Assembly (NCBI GenBank): GCA_963815095.1
Contig: CAWFFH010000009.1
Location: 1 to 54,727 of the forward strand
Length of the DNA: 54,727 bases
DNA from: Candidatus Bathyarchaeota archaeon
Lineage (GTDB): Archaea; Thermoproteota; Bathyarchaeia; Bathyarchaeales; Bathycorpusculaceae
Direction of reading: 5' to 3'
A program made the position numbers and the translations under genes. Position 1 is the stretch's first letter. The number at the start of each line of letters is the position of its first letter. Below are positions 10,989-20,973 of this stretch, piece by piece. The notes under the pieces were generated by a model. That model ran no database searches. It saw only the letters and a list, made by a program, of their open reading frames with translations, and had not been told where the DNA came from.

Positions 10989-11282
10989 CCAGAGTTTGAG
11001 TACCTAAACAAGTGAACTGTTGGTTGCTAGTTAACAGTTTGAAATGCTAAGGTTCTCCCAAAAGATGGCTTCTTAGAATATATGATTTTAGGTAGAAACT
11101 GTTTGTTCTTCTTCATACAACGAGAAATTCAGTGCTGGCTGTTGTCGAAATGAACTTCCCGCTTCTTTGTTGTGAGATTTTCTTTTAACATCAACGACCT
11201 ACTTATGATGTTTCCTAAACCGCCAACTGCGAACATATTGCGAACGTAATCATCTAAAAATAGTTGAACTTCATGTAGCACT

Positions 11283-12566
11283 TCAGGCAGATTTGTACCT
11301 TAAAAGAGCTGCAAAGCCGCCCAAAGCCGAAAGATTTGCTTTTTCTTCTGACGTTGTAGAAATTACCTCGACAGTTGCATCAGTTTGCGAAGCCATATCT
11401 TCTAAAACATCAACTATATCTCGCTCCCGAACCTCAAAAGCGACAGAACCGCATTTCTCACATGGGCTTGCTATCATTTCTTGTGCAATCTGCGTCTTCT
11501 TATTCACTATCTTCGTTCTTGAATGCCCACATCTTTTGCAAACCACAATATCTTCGATTATATCAGTGGAATCGGTTACTAATGCAACTTGCACTTCACC
11601 CTTCTTAAGCGCGGCTAATACTGAATCTAAACCGTAAGTAGCCAAACCATCCTGTTTACTCAACGAAGTCATAAAGCGTTGCACGATTCTTTTCTCTTCG
11701 GGTCCACACATGTTGCTGAGTATTTCCGATGATTTATCAAGTACCTCTTTTAGAGCTTCTTTACTTGCGGATTGGGTGTCAACACTGTTGAGGAGCATGT
11801 TGGTTAGTTCATAGTGAAGAAAATCACCCTTTAGGAAATCATTTTTTGTTTGGCCAGGTCCCCCCGCAATGAGCACGTTAACTTTGTTTTCGAGAAATTC
11901 TTTAGTTGCATGTTCGGCTATCCTGTGGAAAAAACCTACTACTGCCATGTCGCGTTCTCTTTCATAGCGTCTTTGGCTTGAACCGCCTTTTCCTGATTTT
12001 CCCGAAACGCCTGACGAAATATTCTCTATTTTTTCGATGTGTTCACCGTTGAGTACCCCAAAGCTAGCCTGCTTAGAATCCAAAACGAGAATCCCAACAA
12101 TTTTTTGGTCTCTGAGCATTTCCCTTAGCGGCTCTAAGTGAAAATGGTCATCAACCGCATAGAAATAGTTGGTTACTGGCTCAGGTGGAATCAGCTCTTC
12201 AACGCTTAAAACTTCTTTGCCGGCTTCGTCAGTGAGGAATGTTCCAGCAAATACTGCTAACCCATTCTGTGGAATTTCCTTCTGCTGCTTCAAATGCTGT
12301 ATAACAGCCTTAAGAGCGTTTTCAAAACGTTCCTTAAATCGCTCAGATTCTCTGAAAGATGTATCTGATTCCTTCTTGAGGGTCGCAACTACTCGATCAA
12401 TCGAAGTCGTAGAAGGTATGTATAGAGATATGAATTCCTTACTCATTCCCTCTTTATTAGATAACCAAGCTATGCGCTTTCGGAGTTTGTGCTGTTTCAC
12501 CGAATTAGTGGTTGCCATTTGACAGGCAGAGAAATGGGTGGCTTTTTCAGTAACCAAATTTGGCAC
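11283..12566 (-). CDS. Peptide chain release factor aRF1 paralog with degenerate motifs
   Basis: eRF1 three-domain layout (FISLYIP, NGLAVFAG, GGPGQTKNDF, LGGFAALLRY), Zn-ribbon insert; GGQ reads GGS. Confidence 0.85.
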   Translation of the reverse strand: MPNLVTEKATHFSACQMATTNSVKQHKLRKRIAWLSNKEGMSKEFISLYIPSTTSIDRVVATLKKESDTSFRESERFKERFENALKAVIQHLKQQKEIPQNGLAVFAGTFLTDEAGKEVLSVEELIPPEPVTNYFYAVDDHFHLEPLREMLRDQKIVGILVLDSKQASFGVLNGEHIEKIENISSGVSGKSGKGGSSQRRYERERDMAVVGFFHRIAEHATKEFLENKVNVLIAGGPGQTKNDFLKGDFLHYELTNMLLNSVDTQSASKEALKEVLDKSSEILSNMCGPEEKRIVQRFMTSLSKQDGLATYGLDSVLAALKKGEVQVALVTDSTDIIEDIVVCKRCGHSRTKIVNKKTQIAQEMIASPCEKCGSVAFEVRERDIVDVLEDMASQTDATVEVISTTSEEKANLSALGGFAALLRYKSA

Positions 12567-12635
12567 CTATGATAGCTACAATTCATTATGATTTATTGAT
12601 TTCTTAAAATTAATCCAGTTAGTTTATATTGAATA

Positions 12636-12818
12636 ATGATGAATGAAAAACCTGAACTTCAAATGTCAAAGAAGAATCAACTGGAAAAAACATGCCCTGA
12701 ATGCGAAGAAGAAATGAATTCTGTCTATGACAAAAACAAAGGTCTTATTTGCTGGGAATGCACGGAGTGCGGCACACGTGTTTCAGTGGAAAAAGATACA
12801 AAAAAAGAAAAACCTTAA
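12636..12818 (+). CDS. Small Zn-ribbon protein
   Basis: CPEC...CTECG. Confidence 0.55.
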   Translation: MMNEKPELQMSKKNQLEKTCPECEEEMNSVYDKNKGLICWECTECGTRVSVEKDTKKEKP

Positions 12819-12836
12819 CCAGCATATTTGAAAAAA

Positions 12837-13328
12837 TTAGTCCTTGTTTTGTTTTTTATCGGCCTTAAACTCGATTTTGCCACATGTGGGACAAAGGTAA
12901 ACTATTACTGGCAGTACTTCTTCCCTCAGGTTACCTGAACCACCAGATCCTTCCCAGCCGTCAATCTTAAACTTGGTTCTTGTTTGGGACATCTCGATGC
13001 TGCACAAAGAACACAAAGTCACTTCCGCCTCTTTTGTTTCTTCCACTTTGGGTTTTTCTTCATTGACAAGAGCGTTATCAACTTGACTTTTTTCCGTGTC
13101 AACTCGTTGGGGCACACTTTCGGTACCACTCAAAAATCGGCAGGGAGTAGCGCAGTCTAGTACAAACATACAAAGGTAGCAACACGTCATCTTCTCGTCA
13201 TTTTTGCATCGAACTTCCCTAGCCGATTTTGCTTTCTCACTTTCAGAAACAGCTAAACATAATTTCTCACTTGTTAAATATTCACAGCTACTGGCTAAAT
13301 CTGACAAGTTGCTTTCTTCCTGTTGCAC
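12837..13328 (-). CDS. Cys-rich Zn-binding protein
   Basis: N-terminal Cys cluster; C-terminal CSLC...CPTCGKIEF. Confidence 0.65.
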   Translation of the reverse strand: MQQEESNLSDLASSCEYLTSEKLCLAVSESEKAKSAREVRCKNDEKMTCCYLCMFVLDCATPCRFLSGTESVPQRVDTEKSQVDNALVNEEKPKVEETKEAEVTLCSLCSIEMSQTRTKFKIDGWEGSGGSGNLREEVLPVIVYLCPTCGKIEFKADKKQNKD

Positions 13329-13777
13329 AATCTAATTTGCTGATTTGCCTATTTGTTTTTTGGTTAGAATTTTTGGAAATGTTTAAGTCAGTACTCTAAA
13401 TTCTCAACTTTCAGAAATTCTCGATAGATTAACAGAAGAACAAAAGCCGTAGCAAATTGGATTATTTGTCTATAAACTGAAAGAAGAAGAAAGTTGAAAA
13501 TTTGCGCTTCTTCTTCTAAAGTTGAGAGGTTACTTCATTTGGTCGGTACCAAAGGATAAAATTGAAAACATAAGAATAAGGAATATGATGTCCGAAATTT
13601 CGACCGATAACCCTATTGAATGGCTTGCAATGTTTTTGACAATCCTCGATGCGTTTGGTGTTGTTTGCCTTATTGTGTACTTGCTTAACAGGCGTAAAGA
13701 TAAGCATAAACATGCGGACATTTGGAGATTATGCCGTTCCTTCTATTCGCGTTTTCAGAACTGCTTAACAACTCTAT

Positions 13778-14128
13778 TTATTTACTTATATGTGCGGATA
13801 TCAATTGGTTTATCTCACTTTCAAGCGGCACAAATGGCATTTTTTGCACTACATGGTATTTCTTAATCAAAATAACTTCTAAGCAATGCATAAGTTGAAA
13901 ATCATGATATGCTTGAACCATAATGTTTCTTTTGCCATTCTTCGACTTACTTTCGTTAAGAAACTTTACAACCTTACCATTATCAAAAAGGTCAACGTGG
14001 CTACTTAGCTGATTGATAGCCTTGCGCCTTCGGTTGATGGTTTCTAAAGTCAAAGAGGTTTTTTTTAAAAGAAACTCACGGAATACAATGTGTTCTTGAG
14101 TGGTGCAGAGGGTTAGATCTAAACCCAC
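13778..14128 (-). pseudogene. Tyrosine integrase remnant (N-terminal part, no catalytic domain)
   Basis: Ends in MPFVPLESEINQLI, resembling the linker before the catalytic domain of archaeal integrases; ORF starts inside the tRNA-Leu 3' copy. Confidence 0.55.
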
Positions 14129-14129
14129 G
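14101..14129 (-). repeat. att-like degenerate copy of the tRNA-Leu(CAG) 3' end
   Basis: TGGTGCAGAGGGTTAGATCTAAACCCACG vs 37431-37459 TGGTGCAGAGGGTGGGATTTGAACCCACG: 25/29 identical, same orientation. Confidence 0.85.
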
Positions 14130-14307
14130 TTTAAATTTCACGCGCACCGACCTAAATCACTTTAAGTTTTATATCCGTTCACCAACTTTTAAAGGTAAAC
14201 CCGCCAGGGCTTAAACCCGAACGGTTCAAGTCCCGAGCATGGGCAACGCTTTCAGAAACAGTCGTTTTTTTCCCTTATGGCGAGTCCGCTGGGTCTCAAA
14301 CCCAAAT

Positions 14308-15939
14308 CAGACTGTGTGAAAAGTCTCTTTTTATGCTCGCTACTTACCGTTAAGCTTAAAGCTAGCTTTAGAACAACTGAAAAGCCATGAGCGAACATGT
14401 AAACGGACCACACAGAGACCAAACAGTGCTGTTCCCAGACACCATCGACAAGTATGTCGACAAAGAAAATCCAGTAAGGTTCATCGATGCCTTCGTAGAC
14501 AGCCTCAACATGGAAAAGCTCGGCTTCAAACACTCAATCCTAGCAATCACAGGAAGACCATCTTACAATCCCTCAGACATATTGAAGCTCTACATTTATG
14601 GTTACCTTAACCAGGTGAGATCTAGCCGAAAACTTGAGAAAGAGTGCCATCGTAACGTTGAAGTCATGTGGCTCATGAAGAAACTTGCTCCAGACTTCAA
14701 AACCATCGCTGACTTCAGAAAAGACAACGTAGACTGCATCAAAGGAGTATTCAAAGAATTTGTTTACCTATGCAGAAGCCTAGATCTTTATGGAGCTCAA
14801 CTAGTTGCGATTGATGGAACCAAATTCAAAGCGGTCAATTCCAAGAGCAACAACCTCAACGAGAAAACAGTCGCTCAAAGACTCAAGCAGACAGAGGAAA
14901 AGATAGCACAATATCTCAATGAATTGGACCACAATGATGCGGACGATTCAGCTGAAGATGAAACAGTCAAGACTGATGAGCTCGAGGAAAAAATAAGCCA
15001 GTTGGAAGACAAGAAGCAGCAGTACGAGCATATTCAGGAGCAGATGAAGACCACAGGCCAAAGGGAGGTTTCTCTTGTAGATCCGGATAGCCGCTTGATG
15101 CGAGTGGATAGTCAACGGCTTGAAGTTAGCTATAACATTCAAGCGTCAGTTGATGCAAAACAGCACTTAATCGTTGATTATGACGTGATAAATAACTCAA
15201 CTGACCATCATCAACTCACAAAGGATGCTTTAGTGGCAAAGGACACTTTGGGTGTGGATACGCTTGATGTTTTGAGCGATAAGGGCTTCTACGTTGAGAA
15301 AGACATCGCTGACTGTGAAGATAATGGCGTAACAGTGTTTATGCCCATTCCTAATGTTTTTAGCCCATACAAAAGCATTGGAGTTCCCGAGCCTGAGTTC
15401 TATTCGGACCGATTCGTTTACAATGATTCTAAAGACGTGTATGTTTGTCCCGTAGGCAAAGAATTGACGTTTTGTAAGTGCGTGTACAGAAATGACCCTC
15501 TGCGAGGCAGGGTTTACAGGACGGTTGGTTGTGCTGTCTGCACTTTCAGGAGCAAGTGCACGAGGAACAAACGTGGAAGGACAATGGTTAGGTCCAAGTA
15601 TGATGGCGCTGTTGAACGTCTCAGATTAAGGTTGCAGAGTTGTGAAGGTAGACAGAAGCTTGGTTTGAGGAGGCAGATAGTTGAGCATCCGTTTGGAACC
15701 ATGAAGCGGGCGTTCAATCAGGGTTACTTGCTTTTGAAGGGTCTGCGGAAGGTTAAGGGAGAGGTTGGATTTACGATGCTTGCTTACAACATGAGACGAG
15801 TCATCAACATTTTCGGGGTTGGAACGATAATAAATTTGATGAAGAAGTAGAAAAGAGAAAATAAGTAAAAAAGACTTGCAGGCAATAGCTCTAATTCTAA
15901 ATGCCCTTAGGATTTAACTCTGAGTTTTAATACAGTCTG
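14308..15939 (+). mobile_element. IS1182-family insertion sequence
   Basis: IRL CAGACTGTGTGAAAAGTC and reverse-complemented IRR CAGACTGTATTAAAACTC (15/18); 4-bp TSD AAAT at 14304-14307 and 15940-15943. Confidence 0.92.
14387..15850 (+). CDS. IS1182-family DDE transposase
   Basis: GRPSYNP, SSRKLE, PDFKTIADFRK, IDGTK, DPDSR, DKGF, VEHPFGTMK. Confidence 0.95.
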   Translation: MSEHVNGPHRDQTVLFPDTIDKYVDKENPVRFIDAFVDSLNMEKLGFKHSILAITGRPSYNPSDILKLYIYGYLNQVRSSRKLEKECHRNVEVMWLMKKLAPDFKTIADFRKDNVDCIKGVFKEFVYLCRSLDLYGAQLVAIDGTKFKAVNSKSNNLNEKTVAQRLKQTEEKIAQYLNELDHNDADDSAEDETVKTDELEEKISQLEDKKQQYEHIQEQMKTTGQREVSLVDPDSRLMRVDSQRLEVSYNIQASVDAKQHLIVDYDVINNSTDHHQLTKDALVAKDTLGVDTLDVLSDKGFYVEKDIADCEDNGVTVFMPIPNVFSPYKSIGVPEPEFYSDRFVYNDSKDVYVCPVGKELTFCKCVYRNDPLRGRVYRTVGCAVCTFRSKCTRNKRGRTMVRSKYDGAVERLRLRLQSCEGRQKLGLRRQIVEHPFGTMKRAFNQGYLLLKGLRKVKGEVGFTMLAYNMRRVINIFGVGTIINLMKK

Positions 15940-16481
15940 AAATGGGTTCAGAGCCTAATGTTAAGAATCACAAAATATTGCGGTTTAGTTTGGCTTCTCG
16001 GCCTGAAGAGCTCTTTCAGTTTTGAAAAGTCACTGATTGAACGGATAGCTTGTAAAGACGAGGTTGACCAGGAAATCCTGCGACTGCTCTTTGAGGCAGG
16101 GTATCTGGGGTTTGTTGCCAAAGGATTTGGCTGTTAAGATTGAGCGATTTAATGTACTGCGGCATCAGGTTAGTCGCAGAATCCTACGGATGAACAAGCA
16201 AATAGAAAAAGAGTTTGGAGAGCGTGTTCGGAGCAAAGAGGATGGCATTGGGCACTTACAGGGTTTGCAGTAGAAGTCTGGAACGAAGGTGAAAAGGAAA
16301 ACTGAGAGTTTTAGCCGAATGCCAAGATATAAAAATTGTAGACAAAATCTTTCTTGAAAAACTTGCTGACATCAATAGCACTATTCTATTTTCAGTTTCA
16401 ATTTGAAGAACCAAACTACAAGATATTAATGAGAAACGATTTTTAGGAAAGTCTTATCCGTTATTCTTCTTAAATTCATTC

Positions 16482-17288
16482 GTGATTGATACTTTGCCAA
16501 TCGAGATTACTTTAGAACTGAAGTCAGATAAAGAAATAATTCTGCCACACTTTACAGGTCATATAGCGCATGGTTTGTTTTTAAATATCGTTAGCGGTGT
16601 TGACCCTGCGGCTGCAAAAATCCTGCATGAGTTAAATGTTACAAAACCGTACAGTGTTACACCTTTTCATTTTAATAACAGTTGTCAATTGGAGAAAGGT
16701 TCCTTGGTAAATCCTGCTTTTCCCGGTCATGTATGCTTTAGGTTTTTGAAAGATGAAGACTCTGGGCTGTTTTTTGATTTCTTTCGCAAGGGAAATGAGT
16801 TGTTAATTTTTGATTCGATATTCAGAATTACTTCTTTGAAGGTAGTTTCAAAAAGTTATAACGAATTGGAGAGAGAATCGGAGCCAGTTAGCACAATTAA
16901 ACTTACTTTCAGATCACCAACCTATCTTGCAAATTTGGGGAGTGATTCCCACTGGATGTTTCCTGATCCATCAAGGGTTTTCACAGGATTAATGCGTCGC
17001 TGGAATTTGTTTACTGATGGAAAACGATTTTCTAAGGACGATTATTTTGAGTACAAAAACTGGTTGAGCAAACATTCCTATGTTGGCCAATATGATTTAA
17101 GGACTATATTTGTAGCTACAAAGACAAAGAAAACAATAGGATTTGTTGGCTGGATAAAATACGAGTTCAAAGATAATGAATACCGCTGGAAAAATACAAC
17201 GAGCATGTTGGCAAAATATGCTGAGTTTGCAAACGTCGGAGGAAATAGAACAAGCGGTTTTGGCGTTACGAATTACGCAAATCACTAA
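16482..17288 (+). CDS. cas6: CRISPR-associated endoribonuclease Cas6
   Basis: LHE...KPYSVTP, FRSPT, GFVGW, C-terminal G-loop VGGNRTSGFG. Confidence 0.92.
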   Translation: MIDTLPIEITLELKSDKEIILPHFTGHIAHGLFLNIVSGVDPAAAKILHELNVTKPYSVTPFHFNNSCQLEKGSLVNPAFPGHVCFRFLKDEDSGLFFDFFRKGNELLIFDSIFRITSLKVVSKSYNELERESEPVSTIKLTFRSPTYLANLGSDSHWMFPDPSRVFTGLMRRWNLFTDGKRFSKDDYFEYKNWLSKHSYVGQYDLRTIFVATKTKKTIGFVGWIKYEFKDNEYRWKNTTSMLAKYAEFANVGGNRTSGFGVTNYANH

Positions 17289-17345
17289 AATGAAAAAAAA
17301 TTAAAGGGAAACGAGAGCACCTAAAAATTAAAACTAACAATTCAG

Positions 17346-19278
17346 GTGAAAATGAATGGACGATCTGATTCCCGAATTACACGACATAGGGAAATTAGTC
17401 GATATGCTTTTACTCAAAACGTTAATTGCAAAAAAACGGGATATCCTTCCGAAAGATTTTTTTTTAAACACGATTGGCGTCTAATTATTGATGGAAAAGA
17501 ACAAAATTACGACTTTAAGACAGTATTTGGAATTAGCGAACCAAATAATTCTACATGGAAATGCATCAAATCACATCACAAAGAAACATGGACTCCTGAA
17601 GTTGGTATTCTTCGTATTGCAGATAGGCTGGCATCCGCTTTCTCACGTTCATTGACCCCAGACGAGATAAGAAGACAAAAGGTAATGCCTGTGAAGAAAG
17701 GAGTTCACAAGCTTTGGAATCCAGATTATGAAAAAAGCGGTTTAAATTTATTATCATCGCCTGAAGAAATTCAAGGTTTAATTAAATTTGTGAATCTTGG
17801 GGACTTTGAATCCTTTGTAAAGGTTCATGATCCTTTATTGAATATGCGCCCTGAAGATTTTTCTCCACCTAATAATATAGTCAGCTTAAAGACTCATCTT
17901 ATTCTCGTAGGAAAATTTTATAGAATATTTGAAAACAATCTTAAAATCGAGGATAATTTCCCTTCATTTGAAGGAAAAAAAGCAAACAGCCTTAAAGATG
18001 CAGAAAATAAGTGGAAATTAAAAATTGTAAGATGCAAAGTTGGCTTTCCTCAGAAACCAGTCAGAGTCAAAGATCTAAAAATACTTTTGATTTTAAAAGA
18101 AAAAATGGACGCTATTAAAAAAAGGGATCAAGCATTCCCATTTTCATCTGATGAATTCTTGTTGGTACTCCCTTCAAAGGATAGGACAGAAGATATTTTG
18201 AAGATTTTTACTGAAGCAGGTTTCTTCGTTGAAATCACATCAGTTGAGGCTTCAATAGGAACCTTAAGTCCAAACCCGCAGAAAATAATTGCCAAATATT
18301 TGGAAGAATTGAAAACAGATACCGAAATTGTTGAATATAAAAAAGAAATACCTGAACACAATCGAAAAAAGCTGATTTTTGAGCTGCAGCAAGAAACTTT
18401 CCAGAAATTTGACGAAACGAGACTATATTGGGATTTAAGCTCGCAGATCACGCCAGAAATTTGTGAAGTTTGTCAAATGGCGCACGCTGACGTTTTGTGG
18501 AGTAATGAAAACGAACAAATTACAGAAAATATCTGCGCTCGATGTTCTCAAATAAGAACTTCGAAAGAAGTGCTGAAGAAACTGGCGTCATGGAGTGACG
18601 AACCCGAAATTCAGGTTTACTGGTTGAAAATTAGACTGGTGTTTGATGAATTATTGAAGATTCTCGAAGAACTGTACTCGGGGTATCTTAATAGTATCGG
18701 TCTTTCGAATTTAAGTCCTAATCTCACCTTTTCAGTTTTTGAAGAATTCCATCAAGATTTCAATAATTTCTTGGTAGATTTTAATGAAAAATTGAAACTT
18801 CAGTTTTCCGAACTTAATGTGGAACGCCCAATAGACGATTTATTCATAATTAAGAGAGAGAAATCTTCCGTAATACTTAGCATTCTCGCATCATTCAATG
18901 ATTGCTTTAACCGCCATTTTCCAGAATTTAAGCGGATTAGAAAATCCCCAATAAGACTCGCCATCACTATTTCGGGAGTGAAATTTCCATTTTTGGAGCA
19001 TTGGAGACTTCTAAACAATTCTGAAAAAGAAATATCGGTTATTTTTGTCACGGGTGGACAGCTATCAATGAACGTTGACAAGCTAGATGAACTTTTAAAC
19101 AAAACAATCAAAATAATATTACCCAACAGAACACTTCTACATCGGCTATCCGACATGGCAAACGTTTCAGAAGCACTAGGCAAGAATCGAATTGTTTGAA
19201 CACGAAGAGAAACTTCGCCTTCCGGCAGATATAGATTTTGAAAGCATCAAAGCTCTAGTAAAGATTTTGGATGATTAA
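17346..19278 (+). CDS. cas10: Cas10-like large subunit (HD motifs present, palm lacking GGDD); C-terminal frameshift
   Basis: H...KHD...SHH...ADRLAS HD motifs; CEVC/CARC Zn finger; SSDEF and PIDDLF at the palm positions; ORF stops at 19199 while another frame continues to 19278. Confidence 0.75.
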
Positions 19279-19280
19279 CA

Positions 19281-20201
19281 ATGTTTCTTGAATATAAAAT
19301 AGAATCCAAAGCACTAATTATGGGGGAACGAATTAAAGAGGGCACATTCAGGCCATCTTGCTCAACTATTCCATACAGCCAAATCAGCGGTGCCTTGAAA
19401 AGTTTACTGGGTTATCCTGATATACACGCCACTGGAGTAATTGACAATTTTAAAATCGATTACTTTACCTATATGCCACTTGAAAAGATTACAAAAATAA
19501 ACAAAAAATCATTAACCGCCGAAGTTCTCACCCAAGTTATAGGACGAGTATACATAATCAAAAATGAGTATGTAAGTACTAATTTACCGAGGAAATTTGA
19601 ACTTTCTTTGGGAGGGTTACGTACGAAGGGTTTTGGTGCTTGTGAACTGGAATTAATAAAAGAAGTTAGCAATCCCAAAATTAGCAGAGGAATATTAGCC
19701 ACTAGACTTCCGTGTTCTTGCCTTGATTTGTTTATGATAAAACCTGATTCCATTATAAAACCCTTTTTTGGATATGTCTTTAAACCAATTACCGATGCAT
19801 CTGGAATTTATGTTAAGTCAATTTTCGAAGGCTCCGAAGTAATATGTCCTCAGTTTTTGTTAAAAGAAACTATTCTCAGTAAAGCACTACCCTCAATGGA
19901 TAACATAGAAAAAATATTGAAAGAGATTCAATTCAACAAGAAAGTTAATGAGACTAGATTTACGAATAGATTCTTGAGTGCAGTTAGTTCTATTTATGAG
20001 AAGAAAGGTTATGGGGCAGTTTGGGTTTTTTTGCAGAACAAAGCGAGGCTTCATGAAAAGAGTAGTGAAGCTGAGGCACTATTAGTTATAGTTGATATGG
20101 TAAAAAGGGCTGAGTTACCTTCAGGTATAGGAGGTTATATAATAAAAAAGATTCCACTAATATTGAAACTGGGAGAAGCGGCAAAAGATGCTGAGAACTA
20201 A
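19281..20201 (+). CDS. Cas5-group RAMP fused to a Cas11-like small subunit
   Basis: TIPYSQISGAL and G-loop LGGLRTKGFG in the first ~200 aa; ~100-aa helical tail from the internal ATG 19896. Confidence 0.7.
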   Translation: MFLEYKIESKALIMGERIKEGTFRPSCSTIPYSQISGALKSLLGYPDIHATGVIDNFKIDYFTYMPLEKITKINKKSLTAEVLTQVIGRVYIIKNEYVSTNLPRKFELSLGGLRTKGFGACELELIKEVSNPKISRGILATRLPCSCLDLFMIKPDSIIKPFFGYVFKPITDASGIYVKSIFEGSEVICPQFLLKETILSKALPSMDNIEKILKEIQFNKKVNETRFTNRFLSAVSSIYEKKGYGAVWVFLQNKARLHEKSSEAEALLVIVDMVKRAELPSGIGGYIIKKIPLILKLGEAAKDAEN

Positions 20202-20934
20202 GAAAATTAAGGTAGTTCTTGAAACTCAAGGACCTTTCAGAATTGGAGGTAGAAAAGATCCGTTTTCTGGACCGGAACTGCCAGTTATTAAACTTGGAAA
20301 TCAGGTCGTTATTCCAGGCACATCTCTCAAAGGCGCGCTGAGAGAACAAATAGAAAGGTATCTAATTACCGAATTTGCCAATAATCCAGATATGAAACCC
20401 TGTGTTCCTACTAGTGGAACAAGTTTGTCTTTAGACGAACGCTATTTAATAAATAGAGGGACTTATAGAGGACCAACTTGTCACTATCCATGTTCCCATG
20501 AAGACAGTATATCACCTCATGGAATTTGTCCAGTTTGTTACTTGTTGGGCGCTCAGGGACTTGTAGGTTTTGTTACTATACCTTTTCTTTATACTAATAC
20601 TGTTTATGGTGAATTGCCTGCAAATCGAATCGATAGGGCAGCTAAAGTGGTGGCTGCAGGTAATCAGCGCTTCTATCAATTAATTCCAAACGGCACGAAG
20701 TTTGAAGGAATTCTGAAAATTTTGATAGAGGATCCCCTTAGGGATTGGAAGTTTGGAAAAAAAAGGCCTCTTCAAGAAAATACTTTAGGAGATTTATGGT
20801 TGTGCAAAAATGATCTTGGTATTGAAGAAATCATAGGAAATTTCATTTTGGACCGGCTAAAAAGTATAACAGTATTGGGTGGACTAAAGTCCAGTGGTGC
20901 AGGGGAGGTTACTATAGACTGTAAAGAAATATAG
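20188..20934 (+). CDS. Cas7-group RAMP (Csm3-like)
   Basis: PFRIGG, IPGTSLKGALR, CPVCYLLG, NRIDR, LGGLKSSGAG. Confidence 0.9.
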   Translation: MLRTKKIKVVLETQGPFRIGGRKDPFSGPELPVIKLGNQVVIPGTSLKGALREQIERYLITEFANNPDMKPCVPTSGTSLSLDERYLINRGTYRGPTCHYPCSHEDSISPHGICPVCYLLGAQGLVGFVTIPFLYTNTVYGELPANRIDRAAKVVAAGNQRFYQLIPNGTKFEGILKILIEDPLRDWKFGKKRPLQENTLGDLWLCKNDLGIEEIIGNFILDRLKSITVLGGLKSSGAGEVTIDCKEI

Positions 20935-20940
20935 TTGCCA

Positions 20941-20957
20941 AGAAATATATTTAATAT
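20941..20957 (+). promoter_or_regulatory. Putative BRE/TATA promoter of the mini-array
   Basis: AGAAATATATTTAATAT ending ~17 nt before repeat 1. Confidence 0.45.
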
Positions 20958-20973
20958 GAAGTATGCGATAATT

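Noticed and set aside
16064-16273. 69-aa ORF upstream of cas6
   Set aside because: No recognisable motif and a weak start; cannot be assigned as cas-associated
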